This document shows, one piece after another, positions 9,537-19,955 of a stretch of 64,000 bases of DNA. The translations under genes were made by a program, and so were the position numbers. Source of the stretch: Verrucomicrobiota bacterium (lineage in GTDB: Bacteria; Verrucomicrobiota; Verrucomicrobiia; Opitutales; Coraliomargaritaceae); assembly GCA_039815375.1 (NCBI GenBank), contig JBCBZJ010000003.1, positions 160,001-224,000 of the forward strand. Reading direction: 5' to 3'. Each line of letters starts with the position of its first letter. The first letter of the stretch is position 1. Below the pieces are notes generated by a model, which was not told where the DNA came from, did not search any database, and worked only from the letters and a program-made list of their open reading frames with translations.

Positions 9537-10894
9537 TGCCTCCGGCAAAAGTAGATTCGCTCGATGCGGGGGCTGAGCCCGGCAGCGAGTTGCCTCGGGT
9601 ATTGGTGCTTGGGGGTGGTTTTGGCGGTATGGCTGCCTGCAAGTGTCTCGCTGATATGCCCGTGCAGGTGACGCTGGTCGATCGGGAAAACCACCACCTC
9701 TTTCAGCCTTTGCTCTATCAGGTTGCGACAGCCGGCCTCTCTGCTGCGGATATTGCCCAGCCCTTGAGGCACATTTTTGCGCAGCAGAAGAACCTTGTCA
9801 CCCTGATGGAGGAAGTCGTTTCGATTGACCTGAAGGGCTGCAAGGTCGAGTTGAAGGGGTCTTCGCTATCTTACGATTACCTGGTTATTGGTCTTGGTGT
9901 TGTCACCGGATACTTTGGCAACAACGATTGGGCACGTTTTGCGCCGGGCCTAAAGACCCTTGACGAGGCGACCGAACTCAGACGTCGCATTCTACTTGCT
10001 TTTGAACGGGCAGAAAACTCTGCGGAGCAGCAAACGGATGACGCTTGGCTAAGCTTTTTAGTCGTGGGCGGGGGGCCAACCGGTGTTGAACTTGCAGGTG
10101 CAGTTGCAGAGTTGGCGCGCTACGTTCTGGCTCGTGAGTTTCGACGAATAGATCCGGCCAAGACACATGTCTACCTGATTGAAGCAGGCCCCCGGCTCTT
10201 GCCGGCATTCAAAGAAGCCGAGTCGGACTACACTCAGAAACGGCTGGAAAAGATGGGGGTAACCGTACGCCTGAATTCACCTGTCAGTGCAGTTCGAGCG
10301 GACGGTGTCACTGTGGGAGAAGAATTTATTCCTGCGGAAACCGTTCTCTGGGCGGCTGGTGTGGAGGGCAATCCTGTTGCGCGGGAGCTTTCTAATGTGT
10401 CGTTGGATCGAGGAGGCCGGATTATGACCGACGCATCGCTAACCGTGCCAGGACACGAAAATGCCTTTGTGGTCGGGGATTTAGCCAAGCTGGAGGACGC
10501 CAAGGGCAAGCCGGTTCCGGGGGTTGCTCCGGCCGCGATGCAGATGGGTCGACATGTAGGAGAGCAGATCCGGAACGAATTAAGGGGTAAGCCCCGGAAA
10601 CCTTTTGTCTATTTTGACAAGGGGAACCTTGCGACGATTGGTCGTAGTAGTGCGGTTGCGGAAGTGCGCTCATTTACCATGCGGGGTTACTTCGCCTGGG
10701 TTGCCTGGCTGGGTGTGCACCTGATTTTTCTTTTTGGTATGCGAAACCGGATAAGCGTTTTCCTTCATTGGGTGTGGTCCTACTTTACATGGCAGCGCGG
10801 GGCTCGAATCATCACCAAGAAACTGCCGGGTCGCCGCAACGACGAGGCAGTTGAAGGCTTCGCTCAACTGGATGAGGTCGATTTAAAGCGCTGA
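9536..10894 (+). CDS. ndh: Type II NADH:quinone oxidoreductase (NDH-2)
   Basis: GGGFGG, FQPLLYQVAT, GGGPTGVELAG, WAAGV, A.QMG, DKG.LATIGR; stop/start overlap with flavodoxin. Confidence 0.92.
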   Translation: MPPAKVDSLDAGAEPGSELPRVLVLGGGFGGMAACKCLADMPVQVTLVDRENHHLFQPLLYQVATAGLSAADIAQPLRHIFAQQKNLVTLMEEVVSIDLKGCKVELKGSSLSYDYLVIGLGVVTGYFGNNDWARFAPGLKTLDEATELRRRILLAFERAENSAEQQTDDAWLSFLVVGGGPTGVELAGAVAELARYVLAREFRRIDPAKTHVYLIEAGPRLLPAFKEAESDYTQKRLEKMGVTVRLNSPVSAVRADGVTVGEEFIPAETVLWAAGVEGNPVARELSNVSLDRGGRIMTDASLTVPGHENAFVVGDLAKLEDAKGKPVPGVAPAAMQMGRHVGEQIRNELRGKPRKPFVYFDKGNLATIGRSSAVAEVRSFTMRGYFAWVAWLGVHLIFLFGMRNRISVFLHWVWSYFTWQRGARIITKKLPGRRNDEAVEGFAQLDEVDLKR

Positions 10895-10990
10895 GGCTTG
10901 GCCGTTATTTTCAAGTTTCGGAGGAGTCATCAAGGGTGATCTCCAACCGCCAATTCGATTTACATCTACCCAAACTATAGAAGATCCAAG

Positions 10991-11881
10991 ATGAACAGGT
11001 ATACTGGCACTTCTGCCGCACAGCGCCCGCTTCGTTCGGCAAAGACTCGTCCGGCCAAGGCGAACTACAGTTTCAAAACAAATGCTGAGGGATGGATTCC
11101 CACCGCAGGCACCTTTGCGGAGCTCTTTGCCAGCCTATTGGAGCTTCCGTCAATTCGGCTGCAGCTTGAGCATGCCTACGGGAGCCTTGCCATGCAGATG
11201 AGTAATGAAGAGCTTGGTTTAATCCTAAGTGGTCTCCAGCTCGATCCGGCAATTGAAATCAGCCATGACGAAGCCGATCCCTTGATCGATTCCTGGGCGC
11301 GTCTCGAGGTGTGTGACCAGTGTGGTTCGCCGGGCTTTTTGAACTGCTACAATTTCGCCGGGCTGCGCCTGCTGAAGATCCAGGCATCGGCCGGGGTAGA
11401 GCCATCGGACTGGGCGCGCGTTTTGGAGCAAGTCACCGACCCTTCGAAGCTTAAAACTGTCGCGGCATCCGACTCGTTTCCGGAAAAGACAAGCCAGCAG
11501 AAGCCGTTGCCGGATGACTTTCACCCGGTTGAAATGAAGAAATGGACCTTCCTGCGCCTTATTGTCGAATACTCGAAGCGCTCGCTTCCGCTGGAATTTT
11601 GCCTTCCTAGCTACGGACTTAGCCTGCGCAGTGCATTCACGGTGCAGGAGATTGATGAAGGTCGGGGACTCCTCACCTGCATGTCCCCGCGTGCAGGTTT
11701 TCAACTCAACATGAGTGCATTGGAAACTTTCGCGGTTGGCACGCGAGATGGAAGAGAGACGCTTTTTCTAATGAGCAGCACCGATAGCACTATGCTGGAG
11801 GTGGCACCCCCTTCAAATAGCGTCGGCGCAAGTTTCTGGTTGGATGAAATTCAAGAGGCGATTGCAGACTCGAATCCATAG
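10991..11881 (+). CDS. Hypothetical protein, divergent HemS/ChuS-like, with CxxCGSPG motif (paralogue of 8188-9051)
   Basis: CDQCGSPG, LEHAYG, DWARV shared with the 8188 ORF. Confidence 0.6.
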   Translation: MNRYTGTSAAQRPLRSAKTRPAKANYSFKTNAEGWIPTAGTFAELFASLLELPSIRLQLEHAYGSLAMQMSNEELGLILSGLQLDPAIEISHDEADPLIDSWARLEVCDQCGSPGFLNCYNFAGLRLLKIQASAGVEPSDWARVLEQVTDPSKLKTVAASDSFPEKTSQQKPLPDDFHPVEMKKWTFLRLIVEYSKRSLPLEFCLPSYGLSLRSAFTVQEIDEGRGLLTCMSPRAGFQLNMSALETFAVGTRDGRETLFLMSSTDSTMLEVAPPSNSVGASFWLDEIQEAIADSNP

Positions 11882-11969
11882 ATGCTGACGCCCCGGGCAG
11901 GCATTCCTATCTGAATAGAAGCATGTTTCCGAATTCGATTCGATGTAGGGCGCAGGAGCCCGGAGTGAC

Positions 11970-13730
11970 TTAATAGACGTCGCGAACGTAGCGCTTGGCC
12001 TTCATCATCGCCTGCACGTAGCTGACCGCATCTTCCTCGCTCATCTTGCCGTGCTCGGCAATGACAGCGTGCAGGGCCTTATCGACGTCTTTGGCCATAC
12101 GATAGGCATCACCACAGACGAAAAAGTAAGCACCTTGCTCAAGCCATTGAAAGAGTTCCGCACCGTGTTCCCGCATCCGGTCCTGGACATAAATCTTTTC
12201 CTCCTGGTCGCGCGAGAAGGCGAGGTCGAGCCGGGTCAGCACTCCGTTTTGCTGAAGATCCACAAGCTGTTCCTCGTAGAGGAAATCATTTGCCTGTGTG
12301 CGGTCACCGAAGAGGAGCCAATTCTTGCCTGAAGCACCTGTGAACTCCCGTTCTTCCAGAAAAGCGCGGAAGGGCGCGATACCGGTGCCGGGGCCGACCA
12401 TGATCATCGGGGCGCTTTCGTCTGCCGGCACACCGAAGCTCTTGTTTGGTGCCGGGTAGATTTTTACTTTCGTCTCTGCATCGACACGGTCGGCGAGGAA
12501 AGTGGAGCAGACGCCTTTCTTTGCACGCCCATTGGATTCATAGCGGACGCTCGCGACGGTCAAGTGGACCTCTCCCGGATGCTTGTTGATGCTCGAGGAA
12601 ATGGAGTAGAGACGCGGTTGGATACGCTTGAGCAGGGCAACGAACTCACTGGCAGTGAAAACAGCCTTTTCGAAGCCGATGAGTAGGTCGATGACATCCT
12701 TTCCCCAAAGAAAGTCGGTCAGCTTTTCCTTATTTTCAGGTTCTAGCAGGTTTAGGAGCCCTTCGTCTCCTGAGCGTTCGGCGATGGCGGCGAGCAGTTC
12801 CTTCGAGGGAAGCTTGATTTCGAAGTCGCCAAAAAGCGCTTCTGTCAGGCTTTTTTCATTACCTTCGGCTACGGTGACAGGTGCTTCCGGATCAACGCCA
12901 AGTGCGGTGATGATTTCGGCAACAAGTTCGGGGCAGTTCGTAGGGTAGACTCCGAGCGCATCACCCACATCGTAAGTGATATCCGAGCCTTCCAGCGAAA
13001 TTTCGTAATGCTTGGTTTCCTTGTCGGACTTGGGTGTGAGCGACTCGTTCGTCGTGAGCGTGGCAGAAAACGGGTTCTTCTTCGTCCACTGCGATTTTGC
13101 GGGCACTTTGGCAGCACCTGCCGGTGCAGCTGAAGCTGTGGAGGCAACGCTTCCACCGACCTGGGCTATGGCTGGGAGCACGGTTTCGGTCCATTCTGCA
13201 AAGGGTTCTTCGAACTCGAGGTCACAGTCTACACGCTCGATTAGCTTCGTGGCACCGAGGTCCTCGAGGCGTTTTTCCCAATCCTTGCCTGCTTGGCAAA
13301 ACAAGTCGTAGCTGGTGTCACCCAAGGCGAGCACGGCAAAGTGGCTGTTTTCCAAACGTGGTGCAGTCGAGCCCGTGACTTCGTTCCAAAGGGCAATCGC
13401 ATTATCCGGCATTTCACCGTCACCATAGGTGCTGGTGATGATCAGAAGGCGCTCGAAATCTGCCAGTGCGGAGGCTTCGATCTCGTCCATGCCAAGGACG
13501 GTCGGCTGAAGGCCGTGAGCGGCGGCTTTCTCAGCGGTATCATTGGCCAGAGTCTCTGCGTTGCCCGTTTGGGTGCCGTAAAGGATGGTCAAGGGTTTGA
13601 CCGAGGCGGCGTCTTGCTCGCTTGTGCTGGAACTGAGCAAGCGCGAGTTCAGGCCGGCAAAAAATCCGCCCAGCCATTGACGTTGGCCCTCGCTGAAGGG
13701 CGCATCTTCGGGAATGTGTGGCGTTTTCAT
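11970..13730 (-). CDS. Diflavin reductase, sulfite reductase flavoprotein alpha (CysJ-like)
   Basis: Flavodoxin domain YGTQTGNAE/STYGDGEMPDNA; RLYSISS, GVCS, MVGPGTGIAPFR, AFSR, KIYVQD, terminal RDVY. Confidence 0.92.
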   Translation of the reverse strand: MKTPHIPEDAPFSEGQRQWLGGFFAGLNSRLLSSSTSEQDAASVKPLTILYGTQTGNAETLANDTAEKAAAHGLQPTVLGMDEIEASALADFERLLIITSTYGDGEMPDNAIALWNEVTGSTAPRLENSHFAVLALGDTSYDLFCQAGKDWEKRLEDLGATKLIERVDCDLEFEEPFAEWTETVLPAIAQVGGSVASTASAAPAGAAKVPAKSQWTKKNPFSATLTTNESLTPKSDKETKHYEISLEGSDITYDVGDALGVYPTNCPELVAEIITALGVDPEAPVTVAEGNEKSLTEALFGDFEIKLPSKELLAAIAERSGDEGLLNLLEPENKEKLTDFLWGKDVIDLLIGFEKAVFTASEFVALLKRIQPRLYSISSSINKHPGEVHLTVASVRYESNGRAKKGVCSTFLADRVDAETKVKIYPAPNKSFGVPADESAPMIMVGPGTGIAPFRAFLEEREFTGASGKNWLLFGDRTQANDFLYEEQLVDLQQNGVLTRLDLAFSRDQEEKIYVQDRMREHGAELFQWLEQGAYFFVCGDAYRMAKDVDKALHAVIAEHGKMSEEDAVSYVQAMMKAKRYVRDVY

Positions 13731-13800
13731 GAACTAATTGGGAAGGAGAAGTCAGGATCAGCCGTCAACTCGACGCGCAGTATCCGGTAGTCTCCAAAAA

Positions 13801-16800
13801 CTAAGAATGCTTTTGAATAATGTGGCTTGCGAAGGACTCGTCAAATCGGAGCCTGTAAGCAGCTGCATCAGTATTTTCGCGTTCCTGACGGAGAATCCAT
13901 GCTGTGGCACCAAGAGAGTTATTATCCTGAATATCGCGTTCCAGCATGGAAAGTTTATAATCGTTGATTCGTTTCTTCGCAAGCTTTGCAGCAAGCTCTT
14001 CGGCTGAGAACGGAGCCAGTGCAGCCTTTGTATCTTTTGCGATAGTTTCGAGCAGTTTACGGTCTTTCGTTGTGATGAGATCGCGCGCGAACTGATCGAC
14101 GTGTGGCCCGGTTTCCGCGAGACCCTGCTTTTTCGCTCTTTCTGCCGCCATATCCAATGCTTTGGCGAGGTGCGAGTAGCTGTTAAGGAGTTTGAACATC
14201 TCGGGTGTATCGAGCTCGCCGTAGTTGGGGCTCGAACCGTTCAGAATAGTCTCTCCACGAACGTAGGCATCCGATAGAATCGCGATCTCCGATTCGGCGA
14301 CGGAGAAAGAGAGTTCTTCGACCATGGCTTTTTGGTCCATGCTACCGAGAATGCCCTCTACCGTTTGTGTGCGATAGAGTGCTTTCGGGGTCGCAAAGAA
14401 AACAAACTGCTTTTCATAGTCCCAGTGCTTGAGAATCTTACCCGCGATGACTGAGCCGGTGCGGGTCAGGTGCTCTTCGAGCATTCGCTTTACGATTGCT
14501 TCGTGGGCTCTGGCTTCGTCGCTCTCATCCGAAATCGGCTTGATCACGACCGAGTCTGCACTGTGGCGCTCTTCGAGCATGCTGTCCGGGTCATACTGGT
14601 AAGCATTGCCACCGGACATGCCGTTGCAGAAACCTTTTCCGAAGGTTCCGAGGTTGAGAACTGTGCCGTTCGTCATGTATTCGCAGCAGAAGTCGCCGAC
14701 GCCTTCGACAACGGCGAGCGCGCCTGAATTTCGCACTGCGAAGCGGTCGCCCGCTTCACCGTTGACGTAAAGTTGACCTCCCGATGCTCCGAAGAGTGCG
14801 AAGTTTCCGATCAGGACATTTTCGCCCGGATTAAAGCTACCGCCACCGGGTGATTTAATGACGGCCATACCGCCGCAGGCACCTTTACCGACGCCGTCAT
14901 TGCAGGTGCCGGTATGCTCAAGAAGCATGCCGTCATTCATCCAGCAGGCGAAAGATTGGCCTGCCGAGCGTGTCGTGCGCAGGACGACGCTCTCGGGTGC
15001 GAGGAAGCGGCGGCCCTTTTTACCAAAAAGAATCGAGGGAGCGGAATCGGCCTGCTCTTCGGTGATTTCGTGGGTGAGGCAGCGCTCAATATCGATGGCG
15101 AGTTGACCACCGAGTGTCTTGTGCCGGTTTTCAAGGAGGTAAGCATCCCCTTCGAAGATGATGCTGCGCTCCTTGCCAAGAATGATCCGCTCCCGGACTT
15201 CGGGCCAGACGAGATCGTCGACCCGGTAGTCGGCTTCGACGTAGACGGGGTCTTCGACGACGACTTCTTTGACTTCTCCGAGGAAGTCGCGGAAGTCGAG
15301 TTTGCCGTGCAGTGTCGGGTGGTCGATGAGATGGAGCAGGCTGGTCTTGCCGCGAATCTCGTTGAGGCTGCTGTAACCGAGCCGCGCGATGATACGCCTC
15401 ACGTCGTGTGCAATATTAAGGAAGTACTGTGCCAACGCGCGTGGATCACCCTCGTAGGCTTCCGGGTTAGTGGTCAGACCGGCAGGGCACTTGACGTTAC
15501 AATTCTTCGCCATGACGCACTTCAGCATCATGAGCGCAGTGGTGCCGAACTCGAAGGAGTCGGCCCCGAGGATTGCGGATTTGACCACGTCGGATCCGGT
15601 TTGGTGGGCGTTACTTGCGCGGAGGATGACCTTGCCACGAATACCGTTGAGGCTGAGTGCCTTGTGGACCTCGGCAATACCGAGTTCGGCGGAGCGACCG
15701 GTATTCTTCAGGCTGGTGACGGCAGCGGCACCGGTGCCACCGGTAGAACCGGCAACATTGATGACATCAGCCCCGGCCTTGGCGACACCAACGGCGATTG
15801 TTCCGATGCCCTCGGAGGAAACGAGCTTCACAATGACGCGGACACGTGCAGCGTGGGCATCGTGAATCAGCTGCGCCAGGTCTTCGATCGAATAAGTGTC
15901 GTGGTGGGGCGGTGGGCTGACCAGCTCGACCAGCGGTGTGCCACCGCGGGATGATGCAATCTCGATGTTTACCTTGTGTCCAGGGAGTTGGCCACCTTCG
16001 CCGGGCTTTGCACCCTGCGCGATCTTGATCTCGATTTCTTCGAGATTCGGATCGGCAAAGTAACCTGCCCAGACACCAAAACGGCCGGAGGCGATCTGCT
16101 TGATCGTGCTGCTACGGACGGTGTTGAAGCGGTAGGACTTTTCGCCACCTTCGCCAGAGTTACTTAGGGCACCAGCGATGTTTGCACCCTGCGAGACTGC
16201 TTCGTGGGCGACGCCAACGAGCGCGCCATGGCTCATCGCGCCGGATGTCAGGCAGCGGGTGATTTTGTGTGCGGGCTGGACGTCCTCGAGCTCAAGTGGG
16301 TCGCGTGCGCGCTCCAGCTTGCCGAGATATTCCGCCATCAGTGGTGGCGCAGCGTGGACGACGAGACGGTCCTCCTCGCAGGTGAACTCGACCCCGGGGA
16401 AACGCTTTTGCCAATGATGGCCGAGGCTAGTGAGGCGAAGCACATTACACTTCGGGTAGAGCCTGGCGGTGAATGTTTCGTCGTCGCGGCTGACTTCAAG
16501 GCCCTGAACGGCGAGGTGAGCATTACCGAGGATATTTTGCTGACCGAGGATCTTATCAAAATCTTCAACCGTCTTTGCAGTCCGAATATCAGCAGGAAAG
16601 AGCATGAGATCGCGAAGTGCGGCAGGGCGCTCGGCACGGCTTGCGTTCATCGTCTTAACGAAGTTCCGGTAGGCGCGGGTCATACGGAACCCGTCAATCT
16701 GCTCGGGTGTGCGACGGTCGAAACCGAAAAACTTGTAGGCGATGTTCGATGGATCAGAACTGTCGTTCACAAGCTGATTGAGCGCGTCCTGAATCATTTC

Positions 16801-19602
16801 CGGCTCTTCATCGTTTTGGCCCTGGAACAGGTCGTCGATAATCTGGGCTTGAGACTGCTTGACCCGCTTGGTGAGGACGGCCTTAACCTCGGCCATAGCC
16901 TGCGGGTGCTTGTCGAGCCCGTAGTAGGCGAAGGTCTGCTCAATCGTTTTGGTAACATCCTCCTGCTGATCGACCATGCCGGCGATCTCCGAGTAGAGTG
17001 AAACCATCGCACGGACGGCCTCGCCGCCGCGTTCTTCGAGGAGTTCGAACTTCGCAAAGATATTATGAATCTCCTCGTCTGCAGCGTAGAGAATTTCCTC
17101 GCTGGTCATGTTCTTGTATTCCTGAACAGCGGTTACGCCGAAGCTGTGCCCGGCACCATCCTGACGCTCCTTGAAGAGGCCCAGGTGGGGAATATCCGCT
17201 TCCTGATGGATGGAGAGTGCCTTGAAATGCCACTCTGCTGCACTGGCTGCGATTTCGGAGAATCCTGCACCGCCGACAGGCGAGTTGAGATTGGGGAAAT
17301 AGCCCTTGAGGCGAGGATCGGAGGTGTCGAGGTAGTTCGACTCGAAGAACTCGCCACCAATGTAACTTTCAACTGTGCAAAGGCCGAATTTACCCATCGT
17401 CTTGAGAAGAGACTTGGCGATGGCTGCCTGGAAGTTGTCGAGTCCCTGCTCCAGATCGTTGTCTCCACTGAGGGTGCACACCCGGTTGTGAACGGTCAGT
17501 GGGCACACGGCGTGCGCGCCGTAGCCGAGTAGTGCTGCGATATGGTGCGAACTGGCGGCCTGACCGGTCTCCATCACAAAGGTGACATTGAAGCGCAGAC
17601 CTGTTTCAATAAGACGCTGGTTGGCAGCCGCGACTGCCAGCATCGCCGGGATCGCAGCCATGCTCAGCCCGATCGCGTGATCCGAGAGAATAATGATACC
17701 TGGTGCTGTGCGGGCGAGTTCCTCTACTTGGTCGCAGACGGCTTCAATTGCGCTTTGGAGGTTCTCCTCGTTGGCTGCTGTGTCCTGGCTGGGTGCGAAA
17801 AGAATGTCGACGGTCGAGACCGGCACTTCGTTTTGCTGAACAATTTGTTCGAGATGGTGCCGCTGAAGGACTGGAGAGTGGAGCACGATTTGTTTGCTGG
17901 TGCTCTCCGAGAAGTTTGGCTTTGCCCCGAGCGCAACGCGGAGCGTCATGCCGTCCTTTTCGCGCATCGAGTCAAGCGGCGGATTGGTGACCTGCGCAAA
18001 GCGTTGGCTGAAATAGCGGCCCATGCCACCTTCTGCGCCGGACATGGAGTTGCTCGCGATACCATAACCCATCGCGCTGATTTTCTCTCCGCCCGTGACG
18101 ATCATCGGGTCGAGAAGGAAGCGGAAACTCTCCTGATTCATCGAATAGGCAACATGTCGCTGCTCAATGGAAAATTCATGCGCTTCGTTGAGCGACTCGA
18201 TGGCCACCTTAGGCATGTCGGCCAGCTTAAAGGAACGCTCTTTGACGAGCTGGATAAAGTCTTCCTTCGCAGCGAGCTGGTCATGGACTTCCGAAGTCGT
18301 GTAGCTCTCTCCGGTTTCATGATCGAAGTAGAGGATGCCTCCGGACTCGATGCGCCCTCGGCGAATCACTGACTCGGGTGGGAAATGAATCTGTCCGGCT
18401 TCTGAAGTGACCGCAAGGTACTCCTCGGTTTCTACAGTGCGCAGTGGACGCAGACCCATCCGGTCTAGCTTGGCCCCGACGATCGAACCATCGCTGAATA
18501 CCAGTGCGGCAGGGCCATCATTCTTTTCTTCATAGAGGCTGTAATATTCCAGCATCGCGCGGACTTCAGGCATAAGCGATGCATCATTCTCCCAGGCAGG
18601 GGGCATCATGGCGACGACCGCGGTGACGATGTCGAGGCCGTCTTCGATGATACGCCGGGCGATGGTCTGATCGAGACGCGCCGAGTCGGACTGGCCGGTG
18701 GGAAAGATGACGCGCTTATTCTTCTGCTTGGCGATAGCGTCTTCGCTAAGACGGTTCTTCCGGTCTGTGTTCAGCTCGCCGTTGTGTGCCATCCAGCGGA
18801 AAGGCTGAGCCATGAAGGTGGCGGGTTCGGTATTGGTCGAGAAACGCGTATGAAAGAGAAATATGCTGATCTCGTGATCCGGGTCTGTGAGATCAATGAA
18901 GTAGGGCACAACCTCGCCCGAATTGAGCCTACCCTTGTAGACCATTGTCCGCGCGCTCATGGAGAGCGGATAAAAGCCCTCCATTCCTCCCTGATTGAAA
19001 GCGACTGCTTCGATCGCGATGAGAGTATCATTGATGACATGGTCGAAATCTGCCAATGGCGCTTCAGCAAGTGCCTCAGGACGGCCGAAGACGAGCTGAC
19101 GGATCGTTTGCTGCGCGGCAGCCGCCTTTGCATTGAGCGTATCATTGTTGACCGGTACGTCACGCCAGAGCCAGACCGGAAGACCGGAGTCGGCGCACTT
19201 TTGTTCGATCAGGGTGCGTGTTTCCTCGTGGCGGGACGCATCAAAAGGAAAAAAGAAATTCGCTACCCCGAACTCACCCTGGCTAAGGCAGTCCCTGCCG
19301 GCAATCTTGGCAAAGAACTTACGAGAGAGATCCATATTGATGCCCGCACCGTCGCCGATGCCTTCAGAGCTCATTCCGCCTCGGTGCGGGATAACACAAA
19401 GCGCTTCATGGCCCTTCAGCATGAGATCATGCGTTTGTTCGCCACTCTTTGCAGTGATAAACCCGACACCGCAGCTGTCGCGGTCAGATTCGGGGTCGAA
19501 GAGTTTGTGCTCGGACAGGGGCGCCGTCGCAGAGGTGGCAGCCTCCTTGCGGATAGCTGCATCAATAATCTCCTCGTGGGTAGCTGTGGTTCGAATGCCC
19601 AT
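13801..19602 (-). CDS. gltB: Glutamate synthase large subunit (enlarged variant, ~1930 aa)
   Basis: DSCGVGF, HTRFSTNT, AHNGELNT, FAQVTNPPLD, AMSHGAL, SNSGEGGE, QIASGRFGV, SPPPHHD.YSIEDLAQLI, RFAVRNSG, CEYMT.G; start moved to ATG 19602. Confidence 0.9.
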   Translation of the reverse strand: MGIRTTATHEEIIDAAIRKEAATSATAPLSEHKLFDPESDRDSCGVGFITAKSGEQTHDLMLKGHEALCVIPHRGGMSSEGIGDGAGINMDLSRKFFAKIAGRDCLSQGEFGVANFFFPFDASRHEETRTLIEQKCADSGLPVWLWRDVPVNNDTLNAKAAAAQQTIRQLVFGRPEALAEAPLADFDHVINDTLIAIEAVAFNQGGMEGFYPLSMSARTMVYKGRLNSGEVVPYFIDLTDPDHEISIFLFHTRFSTNTEPATFMAQPFRWMAHNGELNTDRKNRLSEDAIAKQKNKRVIFPTGQSDSARLDQTIARRIIEDGLDIVTAVVAMMPPAWENDASLMPEVRAMLEYYSLYEEKNDGPAALVFSDGSIVGAKLDRMGLRPLRTVETEEYLAVTSEAGQIHFPPESVIRRGRIESGGILYFDHETGESYTTSEVHDQLAAKEDFIQLVKERSFKLADMPKVAIESLNEAHEFSIEQRHVAYSMNQESFRFLLDPMIVTGGEKISAMGYGIASNSMSGAEGGMGRYFSQRFAQVTNPPLDSMREKDGMTLRVALGAKPNFSESTSKQIVLHSPVLQRHHLEQIVQQNEVPVSTVDILFAPSQDTAANEENLQSAIEAVCDQVEELARTAPGIIILSDHAIGLSMAAIPAMLAVAAANQRLIETGLRFNVTFVMETGQAASSHHIAALLGYGAHAVCPLTVHNRVCTLSGDNDLEQGLDNFQAAIAKSLLKTMGKFGLCTVESYIGGEFFESNYLDTSDPRLKGYFPNLNSPVGGAGFSEIAASAAEWHFKALSIHQEADIPHLGLFKERQDGAGHSFGVTAVQEYKNMTSEEILYAADEEIHNIFAKFELLEERGGEAVRAMVSLYSEIAGMVDQQEDVTKTIEQTFAYYGLDKHPQAMAEVKAVLTKRVKQSQAQIIDDLFQGQNDEEPEMIQDALNQLVNDSSDPSNIAYKFFGFDRRTPEQIDGFRMTRAYRNFVKTMNASRAERPAALRDLMLFPADIRTAKTVEDFDKILGQQNILGNAHLAVQGLEVSRDDETFTARLYPKCNVLRLTSLGHHWQKRFPGVEFTCEEDRLVVHAAPPLMAEYLGKLERARDPLELEDVQPAHKITRCLTSGAMSHGALVGVAHEAVSQGANIAGALSNSGEGGEKSYRFNTVRSSTIKQIASGRFGVWAGYFADPNLEEIEIKIAQGAKPGEGGQLPGHKVNIEIASSRGGTPLVELVSPPPHHDTYSIEDLAQLIHDAHAARVRVIVKLVSSEGIGTIAVGVAKAGADVINVAGSTGGTGAAAVTSLKNTGRSAELGIAEVHKALSLNGIRGKVILRASNAHQTGSDVVKSAILGADSFEFGTTALMMLKCVMAKNCNVKCPAGLTTNPEAYEGDPRALAQYFLNIAHDVRRIIARLGYSSLNEIRGKTSLLHLIDHPTLHGKLDFRDFLGEVKEVVVEDPVYVEADYRVDDLVWPEVRERIILGKERSIIFEGDAYLLENRHKTLGGQLAIDIERCLTHEITEEQADSAPSILFGKKGRRFLAPESVVLRTTRSAGQSFACWMNDGMLLEHTGTCNDGVGKGACGGMAVIKSPGGGSFNPGENVLIGNFALFGASGGQLYVNGEAGDRFAVRNSGALAVVEGVGDFCCEYMTNGTVLNLGTFGKGFCNGMSGGNAYQYDPDSMLEERHSADSVVIKPISDESDEARAHEAIVKRMLEEHLTRTGSVIAGKILKHWDYEKQFVFFATPKALYRTQTVEGILGSMDQKAMVEELSFSVAESEIAILSDAYVRGETILNGSSPNYGELDTPEMFKLLNSYSHLAKALDMAAERAKKQGLAETGPHVDQFARDLITTKDRKLLETIAKDTKAALAPFSAEELAAKLAKKRINDYKLSMLERDIQDNNSLGATAWILRQERENTDAAAYRLRFDESFASHIIQKHS

Positions 19603-19955
19603 GTCGTGGTTTGTGTTGGTCCCGAAGGACGTTGAATTTTGTATGTGGAGACGACGAAACCTCCGAAGTTGGTCTCGACGGGTCGCTCGTGCCTGTAGAT
19701 TTGGTTTCCCGCTTTTGATTAAAGAGCGGTCGCGGAGGTGCTCGAAACGTTCTCCGCAACGGGCACACCCTAAGAAATTAATCTCAAGTGCAAGAAAATA
19801 CAACGGCGCGGGGCACCTTCTTTGAGATCAGACCGAAAAATGCTCCTGGCTGGAGCAATAATGCCGCTGAACGAACCGCCAGTGCCAAATTTGCTTATTT
19901 TTGACAGATTCCCGGCCAAATCTCTTTCGTAGGACTTTACTGGACCGCTTAAAAT

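Noticed and set aside
19603..19803. N-terminal 67 aa of the 2000-aa ORF
   Set aside because: TTG start and non-protein-like sequence over a structured leader; ATG 19602 preferred
14470..19825. Long plus-strand ORFs (up to 346 aa) opposite gltB
   Set aside because: Antisense shadows of a strongly codon-biased gene, with no motifs
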